Position numbers and translations under genes: made by a program. Positions 35,839 to 35,956 of a stretch of 35,956 bases of DNA are shown here, one piece after another. The notes under the pieces are model-generated. The model saw nothing but the letters and a program-made list of their open reading frames with translations. It made no database searches and was not told the origin of the DNA. Position 1 is the first letter of the stretch. Each line of letters begins with the position of its first letter. This stretch comes from Octopus sinensis. Lineage: Eukaryota. Location of the stretch: positions 1 to 35,956 of the forward strand of contig NW_021826229.1 of NCBI RefSeq assembly GCF_006345805.1, written 5' to 3'.

Positions 35839-35956
35839 TATTCGGGTGTCCGGAAAGTTCGCGTTGATTTATATTAGTTTACCTTTCGACTTATTTTATA
35901 ACATGGTTGAGTTCATAAAATAGGATTTGACTACACCTCCATTTCGAGCACAGTTT
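35839..35956 (+). mobile_element. Probable mariner left end; runs off the window end
   Basis: TA followed by TTCGGGTGTCCGGAAAGTTC, resembling mariner terminal inverted repeats. Confidence 0.55.

Overview
Eukaryotic, AT-rich, non-genic DNA (intron or intergenic) almost entirely made of microsatellites and decayed transposons. The SINE families and the dense (TACA)n/(GATA)n/(TA)n/(CAT)n content point to a coleoid cephalopod, probably Octopus; this is an inference from recalled repeat families and was not checked by a search. I recognise no host protein-coding exon and no true tRNA gene, and most of the ORF track is translated microsatellite. Supported content: two DD37D (maT-type) Tc1/mariner pseudogenes, each split by a SINE with a clean 14-15 bp target-site duplication (TSD); a mostly same-strand stack of R4/Dong-clade LINE fragments among (TAA)n/(CAA)n tracts; a young-looking Tx1/L1-clade LINE 3' end inside (GATA)n; Penelope-like fragments with inverted repeats and degenerate hammerhead-like motifs; hAT-like MITEs; and about 20 copies or fragments of four tRNA-derived SINE groups (my labels A-D). 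The most interesting signals are (i) a Tx1-clade LINE that appears to target (GATA)n, (ii) an abundant Nin/Deu-domain SINE whose 3' tail matches that LINE's 3' end, a candidate LINE/SINE partner pair, (iii) modular SINEs that swap 3' halves, one apparently carrying CORE-, Meta- and V-like domains, and (iv) a SINE dimer with the signature of a reverse-transcriptase template jump. Alignments were done by eye and many boundaries are approximate.
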